The notes under the pieces: model-generated
What the model was told of the DNA's origin: nothing
Database searches by the model: none
The model's input: only the letters and a program-made list of their open reading frames with translations
In this document: piece after piece, positions 27,353 through 39,331 of the stretch
Layout of the letters: the number at the start of each line of letters is the position of its first letter
Numbering within the stretch: position 1 is the stretch's first letter
Assembly (NCBI GenBank): GCA_036172245.1
Contig: JAYWIR010000035.1
Location: 248,001-312,000, forward strand
Origin: Raillietiella orientalis
Lineage: Eukaryota
Reading direction: 5' to 3'
DNA length: 64,000 bases
Program-made: the position numbers and the translations under genes

Positions 27353-28036
27353 TTGACCCCACTGTCCGCGAACGCCCCTGCTGACCGGGACGCTGTGGCG
27401 GCGGGAACGCCAGGTGACCAATGGAGGAGGAATCCTCTCCCTTCCTCGCCCATCCCTTCCCGGTTCCCGGAACTTGGGAGGCAGCAGCTAGCGGGGTGGA
27501 GTCCCGTCCTACCTTCCTCTCGCTGCTTCCGACCGGGGGGACGCCTTTTCAGCTTCCTGAGGAGTGAATCCTCCACGTTTCTCAGGCAGCAACGGCCCGC
27601 CCCCTACGCTCCTGAGGACCTCTGCCGACGAGATGTGGAGCGCCTCGTCAGGGATCACCTCCCGTGCCGCCCGCCCACGCCGCGCCGATCTACTTGCCAG
27701 CCTAGGGGTCATCGCCCTTATAACCTGCCTGTGCTGCCTCGGTCCGCGGTGATCTTGACCGCCGTTATCGGCAAGAGGCGCACGCCATTGCAAGCCCCAC
27801 CGCCGCGGGTGAATGAGGGCACGGGAGGGAGGGCACTTCTGCATCCGGTGAGTGTCGTCGTGCGCTACCGCACTTGGCAGCGGCGTGACGAGGGTGGTCC
27901 TGCTGGCGGGAAAGACTCTTCCACAGGGTTTGCGGGCCTTGGCGCCTTGCCGTCTGCTGGTGGATGGGAAGTCAGGACGGCCCCACTTAGACCTCCGGAT
28001 GAGGGAGAGGGTTCGCCGACTCCGCGAGGGTGGTGA
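27353..28036 (+). CDS. Orphan ORF (227 aa) within the GC island
   Basis: Open frame with G/C-ending codons in its middle part (RLFSFLRSES...EDLCRRDVERLVRDHLP...SAVILTAVIGKRR...SVVVRYRTW). No family was recognised, and it could be a GC artefact. Confidence 0.25.
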   Translation: MTPLSANAPADRDAVAAGTPGDQWRRNPLPSSPIPSRFPELGRQQLAGWSPVLPSSRCFRPGGRLFSFLRSESSTFLRQQRPAPYAPEDLCRRDVERLVRDHLPCRPPTPRRSTCQPRGHRPYNLPVLPRSAVILTAVIGKRRTPLQAPPPRVNEGTGGRALLHPVSVVVRYRTWQRRDEGGPAGGKDSSTGFAGLGALPSAGGWEVRTAPLRPPDEGEGSPTPRGW

Positions 28037-31000
28037 TGGTGGAAAGACCGGAGACCTCCTTCCTACCGGGAATATAGAGCCACGCCACTCTCCCTCTTTC
28101 CCTATCCGCTTGTTTTTCCCTCTCTTGCATGCAGCGGAAGAGCCACCTCGCGGGTCCCGGTAGTGGCGCCGCGATCCTTCGCTTGATGAACATCCCAGAC
28201 GGCCCTGTCCTGGGTGCTCCTCGTTCGCTGCTGCCTCCACTCCCGCCATCTCTTATCTTCTTCACCACTCCTGCTACTCCCACCACCAGAAAAAAAAAAA
28301 AAAGCAAAAGAAAGGGAAGGGCATTCGAATGCATCTGACGAATGGCCAGGGTCCAGGAGAAAGGAGGGGAAGGGAGGATGGAGAAGAGAGTGAGGAGCAG
28401 GAAGGGGGCGAAGAATGAGGGAACGCAAGGGGGGAGAGTCTGGAGGAGGAAGATTGTTAACCTGTATAGGGCAACATGTGCAGCCAGCAGGAAGAGAAAG
28501 AGACGTCCAGCCAGTTCTCCGTGGCGGAGGTTGCCATCGACACGGGTGCAGCGGGAGAGCTGCGCGTACGCGTCGGAGGAGGAGGCGCTTGGATTGGGGG
28601 AAAAAAAAGGTCGAGTTCCTCCTCCCTCGGAACTCCTTCGCAGACGCAAGTGCGCCGCAAACGCGGGAACAGTAGGGAGTGGTGGAAGGAAGGACGGAGA
28701 GAGAGAGAGAGGTTCAGGGAAGCTTTCCCGAGAGGTGGTTCTCGTCCGTGGGTCCTCCTCCGCCAAGTTGGCCGCCAGCGAGTCCTGCCGACGATCCTGG
28801 GGTATTTCTGGTTCCTCCTGGGCAGCGACTTGCTCGCAATGAAATGCACGGCTTTCCCAGTCTCCTCCCTCTTCACGCGCGCGCGCGGGCGCGCACAACG
28901 GAGGGAGCGTGCACTCTCCTACATACACGGGAGGATCACGGAAGCCCTACGTGAGGGGGAAGGAGGAGGAGGAGGAGAAAAACCTACCGGATCACGCTTT
29001 CTACGCTCCCTCATGTCAGCGCCCGCGGTCTACCCTTTCCACCCTCCCCCCACACCTGGCAGTGCAGCGTCGAGGGAGTGCCGCCAGCTTCCTCCATGCC
29101 AGCTCTCTTCCCGCTTCTCCCCCTCCTCTCCTTTTCCCTTCCAATGCTGCAGTCTCCGCAACGGTCTGCTTTTCGGGGAGGGGGGGGGGGAGAGAGGGGA
29201 AGGCGGGTTCCTTCCTGTTTTCGAGACTTCATGCGCGTCGAGTCCGCGCCACGGGAATTTCTCGCGAAAGGGGAAAATCTTAGGGCGAGATGCTTCGGGA
29301 AGAAAGAAACGGACAGCGAGGAAGTGGGATGGAAAGGGGAGGGAAAGGCGAAGGAAAGAGCAGGTGCGTGCATGTGCTCGCTCGGCCGCAACCGGATTCC
29401 CGTGGCTCGCCCGCAGGAAGGGGGGGTTGGGATGGAGGGGAGAGGCAGTTCCTCCGGTCCTGGGACCACCGCGAGGAGGAGGTAGTGCTCCTTCCGGAGG
29501 GAGTAGCTGAGGCCCAGCCAGGGTTTCATGGAACCAGAATGGTCCCGGATAGCGGGTTCCTCGTGCTGACCGCGGCAACCCGCGTCGTTGGTGGAGTCTG
29601 GCTAAACTCGGACCCGCGGCGCGCCCCGGTAAGGTCACGAGGCGACAGGAGGGGAGCAGAAGCTTCGCTGATGCAGCAGCTGTGTGGAGGCTGTGCGGCG
29701 CGCTGTACCAACTCTGCTTCATTTGGACAGATCCTTCTTGGCTTTCTAGCGGGCGCCTGGCTGGGAAGATAAGATGAGCCGGAGTCAACAAGCACTCTGC
29801 ACCAAGGACTCGGCGCCCGCCCCTTCCTTCCTGGGGTGGAAGCGCAGCCTGCCTGGAAACCGTAACCAAAGAAGGAGGAAGAAGGGTATCTGAGCGAACC
29901 TGACGCTGCGGAGCTAGAGGTCACCGTTCTCACCCGAGGCCAGCGGGGGATGAGGGTTGGGAAGCTGAGAAGTGGGGTTCTTTCGGAACGGGGAATGCGA
30001 ACTTCGGTCTTTCCCGGAGCGCCTCAGGATTCCCATTTTTTGGAAGTGGAGCCAGGCGATTCCAGTTTACGAGCGTTCCCATTTGTCGAAAACGGCAGCG
30101 TCCTGCTTTCTCCTTGCTTGCCTTCCTGTCCTCCTCCCTCCTCCTTCCGAACACCTTCCTTTAAATCCCACCCAACCTCTCCTCCTTTGAGAGCTCCTGA
30201 ATCCAATTCACCATCCTTCTGGTGCTGCGTGGCTCCTCTCTCAACCCGTGACTCTTTTCTCATCCTCATTATCTCCTTCCTCATCCCTTGGTCTAGAGAA
30301 GGGAGGAGGAAGACACAACTTCCGTCACCCCTGTTCCCTTGCCTACTCTGCCTACCCCAGCTGCTCCTTCTCCTCTCCACCTCCCTTCCAGACCTCAAAC
30401 CGGGAGGGTGACGACCTTGGAGCCCGAGGGCGCCGCCGCTTCCCGGGTCACCTTGGTGCGTGCGCTGACCGTGCGGCGACCTCAGGAGGTGACCCTAGAG
30501 ACCCTGAATGAGTTCATCTCTAGTTCATTTTCATCAGGAATTCATCCCCAGAGCTGTCGCTAGCAGCGTCCAGCGGTCCCTTCATAGGCGATGAGCAAAG
30601 GTCGGGGCCCGAGGTCCAGCTCCAACCACGAAAACCTGGAATGGCTATCGTCCCTTCATTCCAGGACCGAGACTGAAGGGCTCATTGAAGATAGCAGGCA
30701 GATGCTGAGGGCGCGAAAAGACAAAGTGCAAGGTGTACTGAGGATCTCCTCAGGAAACAGTGATCCCTTTGCAGACGCGTTCGAGGCACCACCTGCAAAG
30801 GAGGACCAGAAAAAGAGCGCCTGCCCCTCACCTCATCCTTCACTACCACTTGTTGCAGGATTCATAGAAGGGTTAATTCCTGAGAGAACTCGGAAATTTC
30901 TTCCTTTCTCCCCTCATCGAGGGTGAGATCTGCTTCCAGTGCTCATGGAAACGGAGGAGGAACTCGAGCATGCGGTATTTGTGTTTCGCCTTGCTCTCCA

Positions 31001-34000
31001 CTCCGCGCAAGAGTCCCTGTATGGTCACCTCCCCCTCAATAGATCCTAGGTGCACCCTGTACGCTCTGTTTCCTCGTCCCTGGCATCTGACTGCTTTCTC
31101 CAGCCAGCCACAGATGGAGCCAACTCCTAGGGTGCAGGAGGATACCAGACAATCTGCATCTGGAAAGGAGACAAAAGGCCTGGTCCCGACACCTGAAAGA
31201 GCATCTTTGCCCATGTTATGCATCGAGAAATGCACCTCTCCAAGTGTCGAATCCTGGCCGGTGAGCAGAAAAGGCAATGCTCCCATGGGAAGCAACCAAT
31301 GTTTCTCAGCGGCTGCTCCCCATAGCTAGCCCAACCAGGCCAAATACCTCCCTGGGATGAAGCAACCTAAGTAAGGTGTGAGCAAGTGAGGTGTGACCTC
31401 ATGGATACACTACAAAAGAACGGATAGGCGGAAGTCCTCTTGGCTCACCTTCTAGGGATGAGTGCACACATTGGGACTACAAATGCAGGAGCACAAGTGT
31501 GCTGTGAGAGGCTTTCTGTGCCAGCATTCGCACTTGTTGCGTCTCAAAGAACAGCAGTTAAAAGTTGTTTCTTTCTGATGCGTTGGTGCAGTTTCGTGGC
31601 CAAATTCACAATTGGAAACTGTGAACCTTTAATGCCAAGGCAGGCCGAAGAATGCATGCACGAAAGAGATGGTGGGAGTCAGTGACACTCAACAGCTGGG
31701 CTGGTTATCTGAACTCGCACCGGTCCCAGAATCTGTTTCCGCTTGGTTCAATCCTTTGCTCCCGGCAATTTCAGGCTCACAAGCGCTGATTCATTTCTGC
31801 GCGCATGAATCCTGGCGCTCGAAAGTTCCTCGAAAGTCTCCTTAAATTGGAAAATTTCAGTCACATGGCGCTCCATTCACTTTCCTGGTGTGCCCAACGA
31901 ATCGCAGATGCAACCCACCACGAATGCGCCGCTCAAGAGGTTCATTGCATCGGACAGCACCTGTGACTTTTAAGAGTATTAAAAAATTCGAAACGGATGG
32001 AATGTGGCCCTTAGCCTGAAAACACCTAGGGATTTTCGCTCAATTTCTTGAGCAGGCATTTGGTTGATAGTAAACACCGGCAAATCATCATCACTTCCTT
32101 CGAAAGTAACCCGTGCGTGGATACCCGTAACCCACGCAGCTTCCGCAAGTTCCTGGAGCGGACACCGAACAACCACGTAACGGAGAAGCTACATCAAATG
32201 AATGGAGGATTTTCAATATCAGCCATTTTTTTTTACTTTGGCAGTTTTTATTTTCATTTTTTTGCGTGTACAGTCGATATTCATACTGCATGATAATGCC
32301 GTTTCTTGATCCCTCAGGTCAATAAATGTTTTTTTGCACTTGAAGGAGTACACGCGAAGAAAAAAAAAGGGGGGGGGGGGAAGAAAGCAGGAAAAAAAGA
32401 AAGGAGCTTTTAAAAAAAACCCTTCTCGGGTTTTTTTTTTTTTCAGAATTTGTTATGTTCAGTTTGGAAAAGAGACATGTTCGAAAGCGGAAAAGAAAGG
32501 GCATGCTCAAGTCAGTGACCGTTATTTGGTGAATTATGGTTTCAACGGCACCAGCGCGTTCGTCAGACACCCTCATCAGAACGCTGAATTCAGCTCAACA
32601 TGGAATGGGACCACGGCAGCGCTGAAAACGAACTCTGAAAATCTTCACGCACATTCACTTCCGCGACAGAAAACCAAAAAGCTCAAAGTCTCAATTTTGT
32701 CTGGAGCTTCGAGGAGAGGGCGTCCGCATACAAAGCTTTTTTTCCCGTGTATGGGAAACACTCGAGATACGGCAAAACTACTTGAAGCTAAATAGTAAAC
32801 ACACTTTCGTAAACTCTTCATTGTACTTGATGCTAGAAAGGTGCGGGGGATCCCCTTGAAATCCTTCTTTGCAGTACGCAAAGTCCAACTTAGGAAACAT
32901 CCTTTCTTTAAACATGCACATAAACTTCGAATTCCGGTTGAGGAGAAACCATGCGGACATACTTTTGTACAGTTTGCTTCGCCCTCTCCATTTGGGGCCA
33001 CTTACATCGGACTATTCTTTGGAAAAAACGATTCCTAGTAGGCCATCAGCTCGAAAAATCTGCAGATCACCGTACACCATTATTTTTTTTATAAATGTCC
33101 ATTCGCGAATGTTTCATGACCTCTACAATTCGACCTTAAGAGCAGTTGGAATCTAGTTCATGGTCATCACTGCCTGCGTAGTGAGATTCCTCCCTTGCAA
33201 ACTTTCAAGAAATATACAAGAATGCTTTGAAGCTCAATCCGAACCAAATCTTCCAAACTGAGATCAAGAAATTCATTTGGCTGTTTAACTGTTCAAATAG
33301 AATCATGGTTCATTTTTTTGGTTATTATTTTTTTTTTTTTTATCATGGTTAATGAGAAGCAATGGGGTCGCTTAGGGAAAATTCGGCAAGTTATGGCACC
33401 AGCAAATTATCTATGCACATGACACGCCGTGATTAAAGGAAATCAGGACAACGAATGCTACTTATAGAAAGAAATAACAAGGACTGGTTACGAGGAACAG
33501 AAGAATACTTCTCACAAACGAATTCGCTCCTGAGGGAAGAAATGAAATACAGTTCACTATTCCATTTCACACGTTCTTCAACTCTGTCATGTCAACCTGT
33601 CCCAAATACTTTCTTTTGCAAGAAAATTTGTACAATCCACTTCCATATCTACCACGTCGATCATTGTGTTTTGCCTTTGGTCAATGGATTCTCCACAAAT
33701 TGGCGTGAATGTTCAACTCACAACTTGGTTTTCTTGATATGATATTGTATCCAATAATCATGTTAGATGAATAAAAATTCCAAATAAACAACCAGGTCTC
33801 AAAACACAATACTCTTACTGGAATTTTGCAAAAGTGAACCAAGAACTGATATACAGTTACTGATGCTTTTTTTCAAAAAAATTGTTGTAAATCTGTTAAA
33901 GCAAAAAACAAAAACAAAAATGGAGTTTTTCCTAGAAAAGTAAACTGTAAAGATCATATGGAAAAGCAAATGAACTGAGATATCATTTACATTTTTAAAG

Positions 34001-34184
34001 CATTCATCAGTATTTATTTTTGCCATCCATTTTCCAGATGAAAGGTTTTCAAGTGCACTCAAGAATGATTTTTTTCAATTGGTAAAAATCGGTGAATAAT
34101 TCAGATGGATTTTACTTTCATGTTTATGCATATAGATGTTAGTTTATTAGAAAACATATTTCCACTGGTAAAAAATTCAGTTAA

Positions 34185-36645
34185 TCACAAAACTGAGGCC
34201 ATGAGCAAATTTTTCATTTCAGGCAATGATGTTTCTGCTTGAGTACCCTCTTCTAAATGAAAGTTTAGAATAAGTATGTATTAAAAATAAAATGAACTAA
34301 CCTTTGTAAATTCTCTCATATGCATCTAGATGATTCGTAGTCACTACATATAAGCATGGAAACTCTATTATCGTTACACCTGCTAGATTCTTTTTAAGTG
34401 ATTGATACAGATCAAGTTCAAAGAACCTTAAATCAACAGATAAGAAACCAATTAATTTTCACACTTACTTATTATGTCCTTTGCTGCAACCTTCAGCCAA
34501 TAACAAGACATGACAATTAGTGAGGCCAGCAACTAGGTAGCTCCGAACAGAGGTGTTGATGTTGGGGTCCAACTCAAAATCAATATGTCTTGTCAAGGCA
34601 TCTGTGAGAATGGTGTTTTCTGAAAGTCTGAAATATGATATAATTGCAACCTATAATTCTCGCAATTTCATGGAAAAAATGGCAAGAGATACACAGTGTG
34701 AACTAACTACCTAACTATTCAGATAAACTAGCATAAATCAACATAGAATCATTAAAATCACGAAGATTATTATTAAATTAAATGTTGTTTAAAATTAAAA
34801 CACCTAATTTACAAAAATAACATTCTCGTAAAAAATATATATAAAGTGTTCTCAAGATGCTGATACCATTAAAATATTGTTTACCTCATAGAGGTTCTAC
34901 ACAGCAAACATGCTTTCAGCATAACGAGTTACCTTAACTTTTGGTCAGTAATATGACCAAAAATTAAGGTAACTCATTATGACACATTGTGTGCATGATT
35001 CAAATATGATCACTGTATTAACATGAGGAAGCAAATGCATTAAAATATGGATATTTTCAATCATAATTTTCCAAGGGAAACAAAAATTATGGTGAATAAA
35101 GTTTACCTGAAGTTGAGATTTTAAACTAGAAGCAATAACCAGAATTTTTCACTGGAACTTTCAAAAGTTCTCATACTTCATTCTGACATTAGTCTTATGA
35201 ATTGATATTAGATTCACTTTTCTACTTACAGCAAAAAAACTGGGGAGTTAACTTTCCTCCAAGAAAATACTGCTAACATGCATTTGACAATCACATCAGT
35301 TTTAAACATGTAGGCTACATTTTATACATACGTTTCATTTATTCACACAGATTCCGGACTAATATTCTGACATTATTCTTTTGTTGGAATCACGTAAAGT
35401 CTTATGAGTTTTCTCCAAATATTAAGTGAATGTGCCACAATTGGCATATTTCCCCTTTCCATGAAAAAGTTTTAAAAGAGACTTCACAAATTTCTTTACT
35501 ATAAGAAAGTATTAAGTTCAATTCAACTGAAAGATTTACTGTATTTGAAAGACTTTTTCGTCTTTGCTTTCGTGATAACGAAATTTTTCAGTTCATTTCT
35601 ATATATGATTTTCAGCTGATGCGGCAAGTGTGGACCGACAAGGGGCCAACGATGGATATTAACAATTATGTAACTAATTATAATGCTGTCATTAAAAAGT
35701 ATTTCCACATAATTGTTAATCATTTGCACAAATAAGTGGTTTGTTTACATTCAACTACTTTATCCAGTGACATATCTATGTACTTGCAATTGGAATTACA
35801 AACTAAATTTTTGGAACTATTCAATTCTATATTCCAATACCTCTCATCAATCACAGTACAATCTGCTTCAACTAGACGCCATTCAATTCTCCACTCAAGG
35901 ACATCATTTTTCCATGACAAGAACGTTGTATTGGATTTATGGCGAAAAAAGTGATACGGCAAGTAATACAGCAATGTCCCTCTTTTCTTGGCTGCATTTT
36001 TGAGTTTACACAAGTGCTGAAATTGAAATTTAAAAAGAATGAAATAAAACATACCTATTTAATAAAAATGTGGGAAAATATACTCCAAAAATAAACACTT
36101 TAGATGAAGACGTGCAATTTGTGTGAAATTTCAAATTACTCACAAAGGGTAGATCTTTATAACATTTTGAAAATTTCTGTGTGTTTTTATGTGCCCTTTC
36201 TACGCTTTCACCGATTTCTTCCAACAGTCCGTAATCTAAAAATTTATTACCAATTAAGAAAAAATAAAAATAATGAAATTCAAACTGGGTTATAAATTTC
36301 AGTTTTAGGAACATAAATTGATTCTTAATTCATGGTCGTACAAAGCATTCACCCTTATAGTGCTTACCTACGTTAAAGTAAACACTAAACAAATTTTCAT
36401 AATATACCATAATAAAATTACTGTTTTCTAAAGAAAGATACAATTATATTACCATGATATAAATTTGTATATGAAAAATTTCGTAATGGCACATACTTTG
36501 TTCTGTCTCGACGCCCGTCACAACGATAAGTTTCTTTATGTTTTCTAACACATGCCACACAGCAAGTTTTTATACCACAACCTGGACAACAGTACTTTGA
36601 TGCAGACTGAAGACAAATCTGACAAGAGTTTCCTGCTATCATCAT
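34185..36645 (-). CDS. ZNHIT6: Box C/D snoRNA protein 1 (zf-HIT domain protein), ~270 aa
   Basis: Exons 36453-36645, 36144-36235, 35841-36016, 34469-34627, 34302-34426 and 34185-34252 are all GT-AG and in phase. The zf-HIT is CQIC...KYCCPGC.IKTCCVACVRKHK...C.GRRDRTKYV, followed by DYGLLEE, LKNAAKKRG, RHKSNTT, WRIEW and SLKKNLAGVTIIEFP. Confidence 0.93.
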
Positions 36646-37193
36646 GAAAACAAAACAGACTAATGTAGTGCTCAGCAGTTTCACACCACTTCGTACAACC
36701 TCGGCTCCCAGACACTTCTGCGCACAAGAGACCGCACCTCTGTCCAAAATGAAACTGCCAAGTATAGAAGTTACAAATCCCGAGTGACATTTAGGAATTT
36801 TGAACACTGGTTTGTTAGTTTCAAATTGCTCCATGCAAACGAACAATTACATTTATTTTTAATATGAAGTGAATTTAATTGTAATTCAATTAAGTATTGT
36901 TTTTTACTTTTTTTTTTTTCTGAGATGGCCAACTGAACAATCACTTATAATTTCAAATTAGGAATCTGGTTGTAACAACATAGCACGATTGCTGATGTAA
37001 TAGCATGCAAACTACATACAAATATATCCAATAACTGTTTCACTATTTCATCTATAGTATTAAACCTTAAAGTTTAATGAAAAATAAAAAGTGAAAGTTA
37101 CAGTCATCTATAGAGCCAGAAAATTGCATTTTTTAGAATCCTTAAGAAGCTGTGAACGCATGTGTTCCATTACATTAAGAAGTACTCTGCAAG

Positions 37194-37278
37194 TCTTTTG
37201 TTGCACAGTAGTCACATAAACACAGTATTTATGTGACTACTCTGCAACAAAAGAGTAGTCACATAAATACTGTGTTTA
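37194..37278. repeat. Overlapping inverted repeats (A-A'-A arrangement)
   Basis: 37194-37220 pairs with 37228-37254 (26/27). 37217-37243 pairs with 37252-37278 (27/27). Confidence 0.9.
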
Positions 37279-39331
37279 CTCTATAGCAAAGTATTTATGT
37301 ACAGTACATAGATATTTTGCCAAGAAATCACAAATAAGCACATAGTATTTATGTACTAATTTTGTCACAAAATATCTACTTACTGTAAAAAAATAATTTT
37401 CAAAATCAATGGTACATACACGGACCAATAATGTAAATCTGAGCTATGTGGAACAGATTCTTTTCCATTTAACAGAGGATAGTCATTAAGTGCCAATTCC
37501 TTGATTAGGCATCTTTTCATTTAAAAATCGATAGACTTTTCATTCGATGCAAGCTTTCAAAGATACCAATTAATAACGCCTTCACTTTCAACTGTGTCAA
37601 CTATAATTCACAAAAACTCCAGAACTTTGCATAGAATTGTTATTACATCATATATTTTCCTCTGTATTTGAAAAAATGAGCCTTGCAGGTGATATGGCAA
37701 ATGATTTTTGGCTGAATGCATCTTCTTTTGGATTGCATGAAAAACAGAATAGGATTGTAACTAAACTTTTTAATATTGGTTATGATATTGCATAACCAAT
37801 ATTGATACCATTATTAAGAGAAAAACTAACTAAAAAATTGAACGACCTCAAGAGAATAAGAGTACAAAAAAGTGCAGTATATCTTTAATATCTAACTGCA
37901 CTCTTATCGAAATATAAGAGCTCTAAAAACTCGAAGCTGTTTTTCTGGAGTTTGCAGCGCAATTATCTGGTATTTAAAAAGTTTTCAGCTTTGAATTTAG
38001 TGGTTCTTTGACTTTTGTTATTTATCTGTGTTTGCACTTCATAACGTTGAGTGTTGTGAACGCTGCATAATAATTCTGATTCAATATTCCTTGTGGAACA
38101 GAAGATGTTAAGGCCATGTCTTAGCAATCATAACATTTTAGGATATTCTGTTGTGATTGCTGAGGTTGGACAATGTAAAAGACATCCATTTTAGATTCCT
38201 TTAAATTTCGATGTCGATGATGTAGCGATAGAAACAATGATTGTAATTGCAGCACTATGGCTCCGCCTATCAAATCTGTCTCACTTTAAATTAATTCACT
38301 AGATTTCTCTAACTGGTCTAGTAAATTTGAGCATTGTCTTGTTTGAGTTTCGTGGATCATTTGAATGCATTCAACGCAACCTAATCAAAGCAAGAAAAAA
38401 TCATTCAGTTTTCTTTAAAAGTAGATGTTTGGAAAAATTGATTAATATTTGAGTGAGCTCGTTTAAGTCCGAGAAGTTTTACGAGACCTCTTCGGTTTTG
38501 CATAGCGATAAGAAAATGTTAATAATTCTTTTGAAACTGAAACGAATTGAATCATTGCTTTCTAAGTATACTTTAGATGTTTCAAAATTGATTTTTGTTT
38601 GCTAAAGTCTTTTAAACTTTTTTCATTTACACTTAGAATATGTGTCTATGAATTGCAGAATATGAAAGCTTGAATATCGAATTGAACTCCAGAATATCAC
38701 GAAAACATTCAGAAATGTGATTGAAAATGTAAGAAGGAAATTAAAAATGGAAAATGGCAAGCGATGCCAATTGTTTCGAAATGAACTTTCGAAGGAAACG
38801 TGTTTGCCATGCAGGAATTTATTGTAAACTACAAGATACTGAATCGTTAGCTAATGCTGTCTGGAAGTACTGTACTCCGGCCGGAATTGCCAAAGGATTT
38901 TTACTTTTTCCGAAGTTTTAGAATTTTCGGAGCTCTTTACTGAAGTGAGCATTAGCCAGCATATAATACTGTTTGACTGCTTGTAATCAGAAGGTGGATC
39001 ACCTTTTTTATACTGTGGTGTCATTTTGTCTGGTGTAATAACTGAAAATATCTGATCGAAAGTTTGCATTTATAATATAAAAGAATATGTAGTGCCTGTT
39101 CGGTAGATCTGTTTTTGAATCCTGAAAACCATGTATAGTGCGCGTTGTCGATGCAGCAAGAGTAAGTATATATTGTATGGGTTAACGCTGATGATCGCAA
39201 AAATTAGTGACAGCGGTGATAATCCGAAGTGCCCTGTGTTTGAAGTGAATACACAGTAATGATTTTGTGTAGGCATCAGTTTTCCTTGTTCTCGATATAC
39301 ATTTATGAAAAATAAACAAACAAATTAAAAC

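Larger units (their letters stand above)
24060..31450. other. GC/CpG-rich island of unknown origin (decayed mobile element or endogenous viral-like insert)
   Basis: Abrupt compositional shift from the AT-rich flanks, with many overlapping ORFs on both strands and no recognisable host exons. Contains a retropepsin-like motif and a tRNA-like module. Confidence 0.6.

Noticed and set aside
27987..29869. Long ORFs of 279-344 aa as genuine genes
   Set aside because: Low-complexity, GC-rich, stop-poor sequence is open in several frames on both strands. The translations are R/G/P/S-rich with no domain signal.
31408..31420. CACTA transposon TIR (CACTACAAAAGAA) at the edge of the GC island
   Set aside because: No matching inverted terminus with a TSD was found, and the orientation points away from the island.
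39186..39245. Box C/D snoRNA in the ATG10 5'UTR intron
   Set aside because: TGATGA is present, but the D box reads TTGA rather than CTGA. There is no terminal stem, and I recognised no rRNA antisense element.
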